A stretch of 63,717 nt of DNA, counting the filler, from Squatina squatina (Eukaryota), in NCBI GenBank assembly GCA_031763465.1. It is 3 parts of 3 records of this genome, joined end to end, with 100 filler letters (N's around TTAATTAATTAA, not from the genome) between each part and the next. Parts side by side here need not be neighbours in the genome. Positions count along the whole stretch, not along the records: positions 16,820 to 47,274 come from JARFOE010000001.1; 2 more parts are not named here. The stretch is one strand, 5' to 3'. Each line of letters begins with the position of its first letter. Within the stretch, counting starts at the first letter, position 1. Position numbers and translations under genes: made by a program. Positions 23,656 through 36,059 of this stretch are shown here, one piece after another. The notes under the pieces were generated by a model, which did not search any database, had not been told where the DNA came from, and saw only the letters and a program-made list of their open reading frames with translations.

Positions 23656-25769
23656 TCCCAAAGACACCTTGAGACGAGTTGGAGCCACATCAAGCAGTCA
23701 CTCCTTACGTTGAGGTTTCCACCCCCCCCCCTTCCTGTTCACAGTGGCGCCGAAACCCAAAGGAAAGACTTGGGCTCAAGCCTCCGACCTCTAAAAATCC
23801 ACCTGAGGGGAGGTTTTTCAACAAGTCCCTATATGTTACAGTGGCAAAATGGGGGAGCTGAATTAATAGATTACCGGTGACTGGGACTGCTGGAGAAGTT
23901 TTACAGCACGGTACAACTTGCTGAATCTTTCCTGGAGAAAAAAAGAGAAGCTGTTTGAACAGGGCTGGCAGATTTATTTCAATGGTTCCCCCCTGGGGCT
24001 GTCTGCCTGAATGCTGAGAGGGGCCTTTCAACCTAATACGGCAATCAATCACAATTTGCCTGAAACAACAGAGGTGGTCTGAGGGATTCAGTGCCTGTTT
24101 GCCTTATCATTCGATCTGCTGGGGCTGCTTTTGTTTTACCTCAGTGAATAATCAATATGATTATCAGTGGATCTCCCCCCCCGCCCCTTGCGACAGCATA
24201 AGATGGGACCTGCTGGCTGCAAGATAGGAGCGGTAGGGTATACCATTCATACCATTACTATTTCTCAGTGGCGGTCGGTGTTTTGGGGCTGAGTGCCCAG
24301 GCCAGGGCTTGCTGGGAATGATCAGCATGGACTGGGCCCATCTATCCTCATGGCCGCAACTGCTCAAGTCCAGCTTGGAAGTNNNNNNNNNNNNNNNNNN
24401 NNNNNNNNNNNNNNNNNNNNNNNNNNNNNNNNNNNNNNNNNNNNNNNNNNNNNNNNNNNNNNNNNNNNNNNNNNNNNNNNNNGAGCTATTTGTTAGCAAA
24501 TGAAAATTCCATACGAGTTTTGCAAGCTCCTTTTCAATTTCCGTTTGCACCACTACCGGACAGAAAGGGGTAGACAATATAAGAACACCTTTATAGTTTG
24601 GAACAATTCGTGTCAAAAGTGAACTCTTGCATATTGTCAGACGGTGGTAGGTGTTGCACATCGACAGCAAGTTAGCTGTTAATATTTCTTTCCACGTCGC
24701 AGGCGTGTGATCTTTTTGTACTTGGAGTCAAAATAACCTCAGGAACAATCTAATCGGTGTATATACCTGCGGCACAGGTACATCCAAACCAGGCTGTGTC
24801 GAACGAGCTGGACTCCAGTGACCGCAGCCAACTCTTTTTAGCCAGAATCGAAAAGCTTTTAAGACATGTCAACATTTGTTTTAAATCTTTCCTCTCCGCG
24901 AAACACACCTATATTTTGTTTCTTAGATATTCCCTTGTGTTTATTTCCTCCCCCCCCCCCAAAAAAAAANNNNNNNNNNAATGATCGATTTTAACGGGGT
25001 GACAGGGGTGTTTTTTTGCAGTCGGTCACTAACCTATCTTGTTGTGGCTGTATGTGGGTTGATTACCTCCGCCGCTCCTTTCAAACCTACCCCTTTGACC
25101 AGGCTTTCGATCGCCTGTCCTGATATCTCCTTATGGGGTTCGGGGGTTAAATCAGGGCTCCCGTGTCAAGCGTCTTGGGATATTTAAAGGCGCTATGTGT
25201 GAATGCAAGTTGTTGTTTTATTTTCCTTCATATCAAATTGGGAACAAAAGCGCCTGGTTAGTCTCTGCCGATTTCCACAATGACGCCGCTCCAAAGGTGA
25301 CAGGTACAACAGGGAATTCGCTCACCCCCGCCAAGGCTGCACACTGGGGGCGACAGGTGAGAATTCAGTGAGATGACTGGCTAGGAATAGACGGTAAATG
25401 ATAGCTATACTGGAAAGGGGCGCTTCTCACTCGGACTAGCAGCATTTTCTGTACACCCCAATCATTTTAATTGTGTGATTTATGCAATAAGGTTAAAATG
25501 CTTCCATAAACTCGCTTTTTAACCAGGTGCTATAAAAGCGCACACCGATACACAGTCAGCGCCGCTCCAAGGTAAGATGTCTAACTTTGAACAGGTTGGG
25601 TAGTGTTAATAAGCTAGTGTGTGTATCCATAAAACACAGGTTTTTGTTCAAGAGACAAATTAGAAGACAGAAAATGAATCTTCTTGAATAATATATCGAT
25701 TTTAAATAAAACTCGGCTGNNNNNNNNNNAAAAGAGTTAAAATAAAATAATGGGGGAGGTGATTAAATG

Positions 25770-26176
25770 TGCTTTTCTTTTCATTGTGTGGAGAGATCGC
25801 TCCACTTTGCACAGACAGCTCTCACCGAGAAACAATGAATTGAATGAATGGCCCTCCGCTTGTCCCCTGGCGCCTGGTCGGCGATCTGTCACTCGCTCCA
25901 GTACCCTCCCCTCTCCCAGCTCCCAGCCTTCCAACTGGCTGTTTGAGAAAGGGAGAGAGAGGGAGAGAGAGAGACAGAGAGGGGGGGGGGATACAAAACT
26001 CTAAAGGACTCCCTTTGGGCCCCAGGCCATGCTGATGTGGAGATAAGGTGTATAAATAAAGGAGCTCTGGCATTTCTTCGCACCTGTTGCTGCAAGAACC
26101 TGCGAGTTGACTTTTTCTCTCTCTCTCTCCCCACCCTCCTCCTCCTCCCCTCCCCAAAGGCTTCCGGTGGTGGATT
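25770..26176 (+). promoter_or_regulatory. FOXI3: FOXI3 proximal promoter / 5'UTR
   Basis: TATAAATA at 26051-26058, about 120 nt before the ATG; AGATAA 26041-26046; GCCCCAGGC 26019-26027; GGCGCC 25869-25874; AACAATG 25831-25837. Motif matches only. Confidence 0.55.
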
Positions 26177-26762
26177 ATGAACTCTATGGGCTTGCATGAG
26201 CACCAGCATTCGAGCTCAGCCCGTCTCAGTCCCAAAAGAGCGCACGAGGTCTCCGAGATGGCAGTCTACTGCGACAACTTCAATATGCTCCACCAGCAGA
26301 ACCTCCACGTCTCCCAGAGGACGGGCAACTACGCCCTGGGGGAGTACCACGGGCCGGCCAACCCATACCTGTGGCTCAACGGCCCAGGGGGGGTCAACGC
26401 TTCCCCTCCTTACCTCCACGGCAGCAGCTCGGCCTCCTTGGTGGCCGCTTCCTACGGCTCCCCGAAGCAGTTCCTGCCCGGCTCCTCTGGTTTCGCCGGC
26501 GGCGACTTGGGCTGGCTGTCCCTCACCAGCCAAGAGGAGCTGCTCAAGCTGGTCAGGCCCCCGTACTCCTATTCCGCGCTGATCGCCATGGCCATCCAGC
26601 ACGCCCCCGAGAAGAAGCTGACTCTGAGCCAGATCTACCAGTACGTAGCCGAGAACTTCCCCTTCTACAAGAAGAGCAAGGCGGGCTGGCAGAACTCCAT
26701 CCGGCACAACCTGTCGCTCAACGACTGCTTCAAGAAAGTGCCCAGGGACGAGGACGACCCAG
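26177..26762 (+). CDS. FOXI3: Forkhead box I gene exon 1 (FOXI3/FoxI1c-type); exon 2 not found
   Basis: MNS...EMAVYCDNF...NPYLWL...[79 protein letters not shown]; phase-1 GTAAG donor at the conserved FoxI intron. Lies downstream of EIF2AK3 in the same orientation, as human FOXI3 does. Confidence 0.9.
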
Positions 26763-27299
26763 GTAAGACCAGGGTTTCACAGGAATTTATTTTACAATCA
26801 TAGGAGCAAGAGAACAGCACAGAAGGAGGCCATTCGGCCCAGCGTGCTCTTTGAGAGAGCGATCCAATTAGCTCCATTCCCCCTGCTCTTTCCCGTAGCC
26901 CTTGCACAATTTTATTCATCTGATTCACTGACCCTGGTCTGTTTTTTTAGTTTTAAAAACTCGTAGTCTAAACTCACCCTGATANNNNNNNNNNNNNNNN
27001 NNNNNNNNNNNNNNNNNNNNNNNNNNNNNNNNNNNNNNNNNNNNNNNNNNNNNNNNNNNNNNNNNNNNNNNNNNNNNNNNNNNNAGTTTTAGTTAGATTT
27101 TAGTTAGAATGAGGCTCTGATCTTTGAATTGTGCATTGTTTATATTCAGATGAATATTCGTGGTAGAACTCAATTTAAGGCTGTGAAGTGTGTAAATATA
27201 TTACGGTTGTTATAACATTGCCACCACCTGCTGGTACAATGCGGGAATACTACTTATGAACAATAAATACACAGAATATCATAAACAAGATCATTTAAA

Positions 27300-27485
27300 T
27301 CTGCGAAAGGGTGGTGGAAGCAGATTCAATAGTAACTTTCAAAAGAGAATTGGATAAATACTTAAAGGGAAAACATTTGTAGGGCTTTGGGGAGCAGAGG
27401 AGTGGGACTAGTTAGATAGCTCGTTCAAAGAGTCGTCACAATATGCCAAATGGCCTCCTGTGCTGTATCATTTTATGATTCCATA
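27300..27485 (+). mobile_element. CR1 LINE 3' end
   Basis: GGGTGGTGGAAGCAGATTCAATAGTAACTTTCAAAAGAGAATTGGATAAATAC...CCAAATGGCCTCCTGTGCTGTATCATT. Confidence 0.7.
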
Positions 27486-28039
27486 AACTAACCCCCTATC
27501 ACATGGAAGATAAACTGCAGCCACAACACTAGCACTGTACAAAGCCTGATAATGAAGTTGCATTGATATGTGTTTCTCACTGTTGGTCAATTAAATGGTT
27601 ATTTTAGAAACTGTCTCCTCTCTGAGTCGGAGGCAGGTCATTGTTGGGGTGATGCAACATTAATTATTTTTACGCTTGTCGGATCCCATGAAAAGGACGT
27701 GAAACTGGCCTGTGTTTGAAAAGACTGTGGGCAAAGACTGTGAACTGATTATGTCAAACATATTCAAAGTTTACTCTGTAGAGAGAGAGAGAGAGTTGAA
27801 AAAAGATTATGATCAACAAAGCATAACCCACACCTGCACCCCATTCATATAGAAAACTGTCGGGGTCACAGAAATTGCTACAGACACATTCTCTGCAGCC
27901 TAATGAGAGCGACTGGTGCTGGCATGTTAACCCTCTCTCCCTCTGCAGTTTTTCTGTTTCAGTAAACGGACAGTAAAATCCCACTGAATGGAGCAGAAAT
28001 GCTTCCATTTGCAATGCCCTGTCGAAACATCGCAGAGTT

Positions 28040-28187
28040 TCAGGTTCACCAGGTTGATTCCGGGTATGGAAGGGTTGTCTTATGAGGAAAGGTTGAGCAG
28101 GTTGGGCCTTTACTCATTGGAGTTTAGAAGAATGAGAGGTGATCTTATTGAAACATATAAGATTCTGAGGGGGCTTGACAGGGTAAA
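28040..28187 (+). mobile_element. CR1 LINE RT C-terminal fragment (little diverged)
   Basis: RFTRLIPGMEGLSYEERLSRLGLYSLEFRRMRGDLIETYKILRGLDRV. Confidence 0.9.
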
Positions 28188-29563
28188 NNNNNNNNNNNNN
28201 NNNNNNNNNNNNNNNNNNNNNNNNNNNNNNNNNNNNNNNNNNNNNNNNNNNNNNNNNNNNNNNNNNNNNNNNNNNNNNNNNNNNNNNCGTCACATTAACT
28301 TACCAGTTTGATTGTCAGATGCTGGCAGACCTGTGGTACATTCCTAGTGAAACCACCTCCTTAGGTGTGTCTCTGTGGCTCTTGAGGCAGCAGTGTCAAC
28401 TCATTAACCTTACGGCTCTGTTGGAGATGGGATTGTCATGGACAGCACTGCTGTAAGGCAAATGCACCAAGACTTCACCATCCAAGGGACATTAGGACCC
28501 TGAGGAAGCCACTCAGTTTGTGGTAAGTCGAATTCATTAGCGTGGCTCCATAAAGAAACCTCACGATGTTTCTCCTAATTACTTCTGACACTCGCGGAAT
28601 GACTTTGGCATCCTTCCAGATCACACTGTCACTTACGCTGCGTAATAAGCTGCTATTGTTGGCCCTTCCATCATGTTTAGATTGTTTTGTATTAACAAAG
28701 TGGGACAAGGCATTATATTTTTAAGTGAGGAAGCACAGTCCCCCTATTGTAAAAGCGTTCAATTATGAGGTCTTTTCCGGGGTACAGTGTGAGGTTAACT
28801 TAGGCTATTTCTGACTTACAAGTGGGCAAAGAAGTAGAAAAAGGATGAATGGACAACTTTTCAACAATATTTGAATATATTAAATATATGTATATACAAG
28901 AATCCAGTGGATTTAAATTATTTCCTAATTCTTCTAGCTGCCAGGATAGACAGGAAACAATAGAGAGTTCAAGGGATACGCTNNNNNNNNNNNNNNNNNN
29001 NNNNNNNNNNNNNNNNNNNNNNNNNNNNNNNNNNNNNNNNNNNNNNNNNNNNNNNNNNNNNNNNNNNNNNNNNNNNNNNNNNGTCCGGGTCTCTGGAGTG
29101 GGCCCTGAAGCCTCAGTGAGTGTGCTGCCCTGCTGAACCACTGCTGACGCCGTATGCCATAAGATTGAGTCCACACGGAGGGAAGGGCTGAGTGTTGTGG
29201 CTGGGGCGCTCCTCCATGGTATGCTGCTTCGGTACCACCAGGGGGCGCTGCTCGCCGCGGTGCATTCTGGACGAGCTGAGGGCGTTGGCCATCTACCTGT
29301 CGCCCCCTTCTGTATCGCAGTTGACCACAGTGGTGGGGGGGCGGGGGGGTGTGCGAGGGCAACGTTTTGCTAATTGCAGTGTGTCGTGGGCGAGATGAGG
29401 GCGTTGTTCATGTTCCGTCACCTTCGCTACCGCCGTTCATCATTGTAGGTTGGTGGGGCGGGCGGCGCGGCTGAGATGGTGGGGTTGGTCGGGCTGCCTC
29501 CACTGGGGCTGTAATGGCTCCCCTTCCGGTCTCTAACTCCCTCGGGCCACCTCTCGGTTTCAG

Positions 29564-29721
29564 AATCCCTGACCACCCCCCACAAGCAGTCACGCCGACG
29601 CAGCATTGTCCACGCCATCTTCTGCTGCATCTCCAGCGACAATGACGACGCCGAGCACATCGTGGTCAGCAGCAACAACAACTCCTCGCAGCTGGCTGAT
29701 GGGAAAACCAGCTCCATCAAG
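29564..29721 (+). CDS. Probable exon 2 of a CTDSP/SCP-family (small CTD phosphatase) gene, divergent
   Basis: ctctcggtttcag acceptor, AAG|GTAGG donor; 158 nt, phase 1-0; SLTTPHKQSRRRSIVHAIFCCISSDNDDAEHIVVSSNNNSSQLADGKTSSIK resembles the K.PRSR.I...LFCC...NG...K segment of CTDSP1/2/L. Confidence 0.65.
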
Positions 29722-29789
29722 GTAGGAGGCACAGCGACCCCCGGGCTTTAGAGCACAGGTTTGGAGTCGGGATAGATCTAGCTGAATTT

Positions 29790-30405
29790 ACACTAGGGGA
29801 GTGAGAGATAGGTGGGGTGGGGAAGGGAGGTGTTGTGGGGCTGAAGGAGTTTACAGAGACAGGGAGAGGGCGAGGCCATGGAGGGATTTGCAAACAAGGA
29901 TGAGAATTTTGAAACTGAATCGTTGATTAATTGGGAGCCAATGTAGGTCAGCGAGCACAGGGGTGATGGGTGAACGGGACTTGGTGTGAGTTAGGACACA
30001 GGCAGCCACATTTTGGATAACCTTAAGTTTACGTAGGGTAGAAAGTGGGAGGCCAGCCAGGAGTGCAGTGGAATATATCCTCCTTCCTCCCTATCTCTCA
30101 TGTTCTCCAGCCTCACAACTACCCCCGAGATATCTGCGCTCCTCTAATCCTGCCCTCGAGCATCCCTGATTATAATCGCACAACCTTCAGTGGCCGTGCC
30201 TTCAGTTGCCTAGGCACTAAGCTCTGGAATTCCCCCCCTCAACCTCTCTGCCTCTCTACCTCTCCTCCTTTAAGTCCTCCCTCTTTGACCAAGCTTTGGT
30301 TATCTGCCGTAATTTCTTCTTATGTGGCTTGGTCAATTTTTGCCTTATAGCACTCGTGTGAAGCATGGCACATTTCACTACGTATATAAATGCAAGCTGT
30401 TGTTG
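29790..30405. mobile_element. Two adjacent L2-type fragments in opposite orientation (- about 29790-30070; + about 30070-30405)
   Basis: First part matches minus-strand L2 (GAGGCCATGGAGGGATTTG.AAACAAGGATGAGAATTTT); second part reads GRAFSCLGTKLWNS and ends TATATAAATGCAAGCTGTTGTT. Confidence 0.7.
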
Positions 30406-30611
30406 CTATAGTAAGGACTCAAATGTAAAAATGAAAAAATAGGGGAGAGATTGAAATCTTGAGGGTTTTCACACTCTCAAGGTGGGAAATATGTAAGGAA
30501 GCAGGGTGGACNNNNNNNNNNNNNNNNNNNNNNNNNNNNNNNNNNNNNNNNNNNNNNNNNNNNNNNNNNNNNNNNNNNNNNNNNNNNNNNNNNNNNNNNN
30601 NNNNNNNNNNN

Positions 30612-32078
30612 TTGGTCAATATTTGTGGGAGGCTCCTGGGATTGAGTCAATATTTGCAGGAGTTCCTGGCAATGTGTGAATGTTTGCAGGGGTTCCTGGG
30701 AGTGTGCCAATACTTGCAGGGGTTTCTGGGAGTGTGTCAATATTGTGAGTGGTTTCAGGGAGTGTGTCAATTTCTGCATGGGTTCCTGGGAGTATGTCAA
30801 TATTTGCAGGGGTTCCCGGGAATGTGCCAATATTTGCAGGGTGTCCTGGGAGTGCGTCACTATTTGCAGGAGTTCTTGGGAGTGTGTGAATGTTTGCAGG
30901 GGTGCCCGGGAATGTGCCAAGACTTGCAGGTGTTTCTGGGAGTGTGACTATATTTGTGAGAGTTTCCTGGGAGTGTGCCAATGTTTGCAGGGGTTCCCGA
31001 GAGTGTGTCAATATTTCTGAGGTTCCTAGGACTGTGTCAATATTTGCAGGGGTTCCTGGGATTGTGTCAATATTTGTGGGAGGTTCCTGGGAGTGTGTCA
31101 ATATTTGTGCGAGTTTCCCGGGAGTGTGAATATGTTTGCAGGGGTTCCCTGGAGTGTGTCAATATTTGTGGGAGGTTCCTGGGAGTGCATCAATATTTGC
31201 GATAGGTTCCTGGGAGTGTGTCGATACTTGCAGGGGTTCCTGAGAGTGTTTCAATATTTTCAGGTGTTCTCACCAATGTGTCAATATTTGCAGGGTTTCC
31301 TGGGTGTGTGTCTATATTTGTGAGAGGTTCCTGGGATTGAGGCAATATTTGCAGTGGGTCCTGGGAGTGTGTCAAAATTTGTTGGAGGTTCCTGGAAGTG
31401 TGTCAGTAGTTGGGATAGGTTCCCTTGAGTGCCTCAATATTTGGGACAGGTTCCCAGGAATGTGCCAATATTTGCAGGGGCTCCTGGGAGTGTGTCAATA
31501 TTTGCCGGTGGTCCCTGGGAATGTGTCTATATTTGCAGGTGTTCTCACCAATGTGTCAATATTTGCCGGGGTTCCTGGAGTGTGTTGATACTTGCAGGGG
31601 TTATTGGGAGTGTCTCAATATTTGTGAGAGCTTCATGAGCGTATGTCAATATTTGCAGGTGTTCCAGGGAGTGTGTCTATATTTGTGACAGGTTCCTGGG
31701 ATTCAGTCAATATTTGCAGGGAGTCCTGGGAGTGTGTCAATATTTGAGACAGTTTCCTGGGAGTGCTTCAATATTTTCAGGGGTTCCTGTCACTGTGTCA
31801 ATGTTTGCAGGGATTCCCAGAGTGTGTCAATATTTTTGAGGTTCCCGTGAGTGTGTCAAAATTTGCAGCAGTTCCTGGGAGTGTGTCAATATTTGCAGGG
31901 GTTCCTGGGAGTGTCAATATTTGCAGGGGTTCCTGGGAGTGTGTCGATATTTGCAGGGGTTTCTGGGAGTGTGTCGATATTTGTGTGAGGTTCCCAGGAG
32001 TGTGTTGATGTTTGCAGGGGTTCCCTGGAGTGTGTCGATATTTTCCGGGGTTCCCTGGAGTGTGTCAATATTTGTGAG
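30612..32078. repeat. Minisatellite, about 30-bp unit, roughly 48 copies, N-bounded on both sides
   Basis: Consensus GTGTGTCAATATTTGCAGGGGTTCCTGGGA; generates the spurious CQYLQGFLGV and GTPANIDTLP ORFs. Confidence 0.95.
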
Positions 32079-35000
32079 NNNNNNNNNNNNNNNNNNNNNN
32101 NNNNNNNNNNNNNNNNNNNNNNNNNNNNNNNNNNNNNNNNNNNNNNNNNNNNNNNNNNNNNNNNNNNNNNNNNNNNNNTTGTTAATTGACGGCTCTCTCC
32201 TCTTTTCAGAATGTAGACTCTTTTGGTTCTTTGGTCTAATGTGTACCAATCCTGCCAGAAAATGTCAATTCTCTTTTCCTTTTCCCTTTTTGAAGAACAA
32301 TAAAGGATTTAGAGGTTTAGCACTAGTTCAGGAAGAGATCTGTGAATAATCCCTTCATTGACACTCCTCAACATTGGGAGGAAGTAACTGAGCTCTGCCA
32401 GATTGACATATCAAAGACAGCTTCTAATTATGTCATGCTGATTCTGACCCAAAGGCACACAAACTAGTCTTAATCCAAGGTCCCGGCCCCAGTAACTCTG
32501 ATGATCCTTTTTCCATCGAATACAACCCAGTTATCAGGCAATGGGCCCAGTTATATTTTATCACAAGCAATTATAAAAGGGCTTTATTCAAGTGGTGTTG
32601 TGCTCAGGTGTTTGCATCTCCAGTAATTCATTGCTAAACAGATTGGGGTAGAAATTGGCCCTTGTTGTGCCTGGTTTTTGCCTGGGATGGGAAAATGAAC
32701 CAATTCTGGGTCATACCCTCAAGCACCTGAGCTGAGTCTGCATTACAGGCGCCGCCATATTGGTACAGGCTGTTTTTCAGCCTGCCTAAAACAGATGTTG
32801 GCCCCTTCCATATGTAAATGAGGGACTAACACCTGTTTTAGGTCTTGCTGTAATTGTTTGCTGGTCAGCAGAGCAGGAGCTAGACCAGTTCCGCTTGGGA
32901 TTCACCCGACTCCATAGCATGCGTGAACAGCCACCCCACTCCCACTCCCACCCCATTGCTGCTCCAACTCCCCCTTCCCTCTTTCCAATGGGACCTTTCC
33001 TGGNNNNNNNNNNNNNNNNNNNNNNNNNNNNNNNNNNNNNNNNNNNNNNNNNNNNNNNNNNNNNNNNNNNNNNNNNNNNNNNNNNNNNNNNNNNNNNNNN
33101 NNNCTCTCTCCACAGATGTTGCCTGACCTTTCCAGCATTTCCTGTTTGTTATGCCAGCTTCTCTAGTCTATCCAGATAACTAAAGTCCCTCATCCCTCGA
33201 ACCATTGTCGTAAATCTTTTCTGCACCCTCTCTAAGGCTTTCGCATCCTTCCTAAAGTGCGGTGCCCAGAATTGGACTCAATACTCCAGTCGAGGCCGAA
33301 CCATAAAGGTTCACCATCGCAGGTGCTGAAGCCAACGGCTACTCAATACAGTTCTCAAATTGTTAAACCTTTATGGTATTTGGGACTAATTTCTTGAAAG
33401 TTAACAACTTTTAAGTTATGTACATAAGATTTAGTCAAGAGCTGCAATAAATTTAATTTGCTATTTGTAGGCCACAAGGAAATAAAATTTGTGGGACGAT
33501 GGGGGAGGGAGGTAAGAACCAGAGAATCAGATTTTAAACAACTTAAAATGAGTGGAACTCTTTAACTCACTTCCCTTTTATTTAAACATTGCCTGCAGCT
33601 CCAATGTTTTCCTTCTTCAAGTTACAGAAACTTGCTCAGCAGCATCTCACAGTCATCTGCCCTGAGCCAAGAGCACACAGCTCATGGCGGTGTTCAGCAA
33701 CTTCAAAAAGGCCGGGTGGATTAAGAGTGTTACAGAGAAAGCATTATCAAGCTTTATTTAAGAGATCGCTTTCAGTGTTACATACCTAGCTCGTCATTCC
33801 CGCTATGCAGGTTTTTCTTAAAAGGCAAACTTTATTTGCTCTAATCCACCCGTGTTTTCCTTCTGTTGTATTTTTGGGAGCTCGGGACGCACTGCTGATC
33901 TCCTCCGATCCCATCATTCTTTTGATGTCGAGCTTCCCAATCAGAGGCAGCACGTCTCAGGGCAGCAATTGATGTTGATTAGGCCTAATCAGGCACTGAT
34001 GGCTCCTCCTAATCCTATCTAAAGGAGAACAATTCACTGTATCATAATACAGAAATCTAATTAGTAGGGGCAGGGAAGCTTGTAATAGGCAGGATCAAAA
34101 GAGAATTCAAGCCAGCCCTTTGAGTTGATGTTCTACACAGCAAAAACTTTTTCATCAGATTGTGGCCCGGGTCATATAAAAACTGGCAATGGCCTGGTGG
34201 AACCCTCACCGAAACATTTCTGAGCAGATTATCCTTTTGTAAAGTGCTAGGGGCTCTTCTTCAAAGCACTGTAGCTATCATTTCCATCTGGTCAAACCTA
34301 CCTCTGGGCTTTTGATATGAAGGTTACATTAAAAAGGTCTCCAACAATCATTTGTCTGTCCTTGAAGTTCCTCAAAAGACAGTTCCACAGTGGGCCATGT
34401 GTGTACTGCTAATCAAAACCTGAAGCTGTCCAAAAGAATCGTCACTGATTCATTTGACAAAGGATGGGACCAAATGCTAAGAAACAAAGAATGAACGGAC
34501 ATTTGTATANNNNNNNNNNNNNNNNNNNNNNNNNNNNNNNNNNNNNNNNNNNNNNNNNNNNNNNNNNNNNNNNNNNNNNNNNNNNNNNNNNNNNNNNNNN
34601 NNNNNNNNNGGGCGGTAATGCCAGTGGGACGGGAGCGAATTTTGCTCCCTAAAGAGTTTCTTCCAAGACCAATTTGCCTCTGTTAATGACAAGAGTAAAT
34701 GTGGGTGGTCTAAAAAAAAGTACAACGCACACAGTCTGTGTCTACAATGTAAGGTGTATATTAAATAGAGAGCTGTGTTATATAAACAGACATCTGCACT
34801 GTCTGCCAAGTGGGGCTGTAGATTGCATATCAGTCAGTCGAACTCGAGAACAAAGTATTCAGGTGACTAATAAACAGCAACATCAAAGTCGGAGACAAAC
34901 CCACATACATTTTGTCTGCAGGAAGAAGTAATTACAGCATTGTAATTTTCAACCTCAAAATTCACGTATTTAATTGACAGTTTGACAAGCACCAGAACCC

Positions 35001-35279
35001 AAAATTCCACCGAAGTAATAATCACTAAGTAATAGGCCATTACGTGAATACAAATAAAAAGATGTTTTCTGCCTTCACACATTTGCCTTATCTATTACTT
35101 CCCAATGCTGATTATTTTTGTTATCATCTTGTGTGGAATAACATAGCATTATAACCGAGGAGAGGAAAACAACCTTTTGTTTCATTTTGTTTAGAATGCG
35201 AAGAATATCCGCTCTGATTGTAGTTAAAGATTGAAATGGGATGATTCAGATTTCAAACTGTATTCTATTATAACCCATG

Positions 35280-35462
35280 TAAACTTGAGCTCATCCAAAA
35301 CTCGGCTGCCCGTGCCCTATCTCGTACCAAGTCCCGTTCATCCACCGCCCCTGTGCACACTGACTTAGATTGGCTCCCAGTCTGGCAATGCCTCGATTTC
35401 AAAATTCTCGTCCCAGTGTTCAAATCCCTCCAGGGCCTCACCCCTCCCTATCTCTGTAACCT
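35280..35462 (+). mobile_element. L2-type LINE RT C-terminal fragment
   Basis: KLELIQNSAARALSRTKSRS...TDLDWLPVWQCLDFKILVPVFKSLQGLTPPYL. Confidence 0.8.
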
Positions 35463-36059
35463 NNNNNNNNNNNNNNNNNNNNNNNNNNNNNNNNNNNNNN
35501 NNNNNNNNNNNNNNNNNNNNNNNNNNNNNNNNNNNNNNNNNNNNNNNNNNNNNNNNNNNNNNCTCCGCTTTAACCAAAGAGGAGGGACGTTGAAACGCGC
35601 CAGTGCTACGCGGAGAAGCCGCGTAGCACTGACCAATGCACCCCAGATTCTGCCCCAACAGGAAATGAAGCGCGCAAGATTGCACTCCACTTCCTGGGAG
35701 AGGCAGTAACTGCAATTCTGCAGCCGGGCGCAGGAAATCCTGAGTCAGTTACTTTCCCCAATCTGAGCCCTGGGGAATTTCACCCCCTTAAAGTGAACAA
35801 GATGCTGTTTATTTCAGGAATAAAGATTATTTTTAAAATGCCATGGCTCTGTGCATAGCTTCACCTCTATTCTACTGCAGTCCCCAATAATGAACATCAA
35901 TGTTGCATATGTTATATGATAATAAGTATTAGCTCTGAAGGATTGCCAAGATAAGATGGTGGCACCACAGTGCAGGACTAACGTGGTTAGACAATGGATT
36001 TGGACAACAACTTTCCAAAATGCAGATTTAAGAGAATATGCCTGACCCAACAAGGAGAA

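Noticed and set aside
26196-26766. Overlapping alternative-frame and antisense ORFs in FOXI3 exon 1
   Set aside because: Expected shadows of a high-GC3 coding exon.
30612-32078. CRISPR array or repeat-protein gene (CQYLQGFLGV)n
   Set aside because: Units are head-to-tail with no unique spacers and no cas genes; frequent 1-2 bp indels break the frames. The ORFs arise from the 30-bp period.
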